From Candidatus Kaiserbacteria bacterium (GTDB lineage Bacteria > Patescibacteriota > Minisyncoccia > Phycocordibacterales > UBA2100), in assembly GCA_016867375.1 (NCBI GenBank), contig VGJQ01000002.1:368-64367 (forward strand): 64,000 nt of DNA. Reading direction: 5' to 3'. A program made the position numbers and the translations under genes. Positions within the stretch are counted from its first letter, which is position 1, and the number at the start of each line of letters is the position of its first letter. This document shows positions 63,259 through 64,000 of this stretch, piece after piece. The notes under the pieces are model-generated. The model was not told where the DNA came from. It saw only the letters and a list, made by a program, of their open reading frames with translations, and did not search any database.

Positions 63259-64000
63259 ATTCAAGGATCGATCGTATCTGCTGATCTACGTCTACGATAG
63301 TCGCTCGCGGATCATGGGACTCTGCGATTGATATATTGATCATGAATCGTCGGTCGGCAGCGTAGATGGTGGATGTGAGATCGCCGCCTTGCGGGCCCAC
63401 GCCAGGGATCAGGAACGGTATGTCTGGGACGGTGTCGCGGACATGTTCGATCACATCGGGATAGGTGGCACCCACGACCAAGCCACAATTTCTGTGGGTG
63501 TTGTGGTGTGTGCCAAGATGAGCGGCAAGTTTCTGATAGAGCGGCACACCATTCTGGTCGCATTCATCCTGGAATTCTCCGCTCTCGGGATTCGAGGTCT
63601 TGCAGAGGACGAAGATTCCTTTGTCCGCATATGCAAAGAATGGTTCGAGTGCCCCGAGACCAGGATACGCGCTCACGGTGAGCGCATCGAAGCGCAGATA
63701 GTCGAACGCGAATCGCGCATAGTGCGTATTGGTCTTCCCGATATCGCCGAATTTGCCATCCAGGATCATCGGCACATCGTCTGCGACGCAGGTGATATGG
63801 GCGGTCGAGTTGCGAAGCAGCGAGAAACAATGGTGTCCGAATGTAAGAAAGGGTGCGAAATTGAACTTGTACGCACAGACGAGGTCGCGAGTTTTGTCGA
63901 TCAGACTCGTGATGTGCTCGAAACAACGCTCTTTTCCGTCGTCGCCGGGGAACATATCGACGTTGATATCGACGCCCGCGCAGACGTGTTTTCCCTCATT
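63257..64000 (-). CDS. pyrF: Orotidine-5'-phosphate decarboxylase (partial; N-terminus lies beyond the window end)
   Basis: ILDGKFGDIGKT (DxKxxDIxxT) motif and ..FLIPGVGPQGG C-terminal motif. Confidence 0.75.
   Translation of the reverse strand, partial: NEGKHVCAGVDINVDMFPGDDGKERCFEHITSLIDKTRDLVCAYKFNFAPFLTFGHHCFSLLRNSTAHITCVADDVPMILDGKFGDIGKTNTHYARFAFDYLRFDALTVSAYPGLGALEPFFAYADKGIFVLCKTSNPESGEFQDECDQNGVPLYQKLAAHLGTHHNTHRNCGLVVGATYPDVIEHVRDTVPDIPFLIPGVGPQGGDLTSTIYAADRRFMINISIAESHDPRATIVDVDQQIRSILE

Noticed and set aside
1-64000. rRNA genes or prophage structural genes
   Set aside because: No 16S/23S/5S signatures and no capsid, terminase or integrase ORFs were seen. The only transposase-like gene is the RAYT.

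Overview
This 64 kb window is from a reduced-genome bacterium, probably CPR/Patescibacteria-like. The lineage call is inference from three things: rpmD (L30) is missing between rpsE and rplO, S14 is the short zinc-ribbon type Z form, and one tRNA carries a ~209-nt intron. The window is ~55% GC.

Housekeeping genes form the backbone: murA, murD, murC, rsmI, prfB, ftsEX, pyrG, an spc-operon tail (rpsZ-rpsH-rplF-rplR-rpsE-rplO-secY), gmk-adk-map, ndk, and infC-rpmI-rplT. pyrF is partial at the window edge.

Accessory material is interleaved with these genes:
- A REP/RAYT-like system: an IS200/RAYT-type HUH transposase gene (235-936) flanked by nested palindromes, plus at least 12 dispersed copies of the same modular palindromic repeats (modules A/B, C, D and GTC-N-GAC hairpins). 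Their insertions include one in frame inside murC and one that truncates a relE-like toxin gene.
- Five toxin-antitoxin loci, two of them decayed (an internally deleted mazF remnant and a 5'-truncated relE).
- Two paralogous TraD/TrwB-family coupling-ATPase genes with no other type IV secretion components. The first sits next to a lamin-tail-domain surface protein and an L,D-transpeptidase/D,D-carboxypeptidase fusion.
- A repeat-bounded island (28.9-33.2 kb) carrying two large co-oriented proteins of unknown function and a HIT-family gene.
- A 2318-aa peptidoglycan-anchored giant surface protein encoded directly upstream of rpsZ.
- Two small cassettes (53.2-54.1 kb) with near-consensus sigma70 promoters and operator-like palindromes, encoding a 106-aa membrane protein and a 45-aa secreted peptide.

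RNA features are a tRNA-Leu(CAG), a tRNA-Thr(CGU), the intron-bearing tRNA (probably Thr-GGU) with an upstream duplicated 5' fragment, and an odd tRNA-like element plus a candidate small RNA on the minus strand upstream of murC. No CRISPR array and no rRNA gene were seen. All calls were made by eye from the sequence and the ORF track; no database search was possible.
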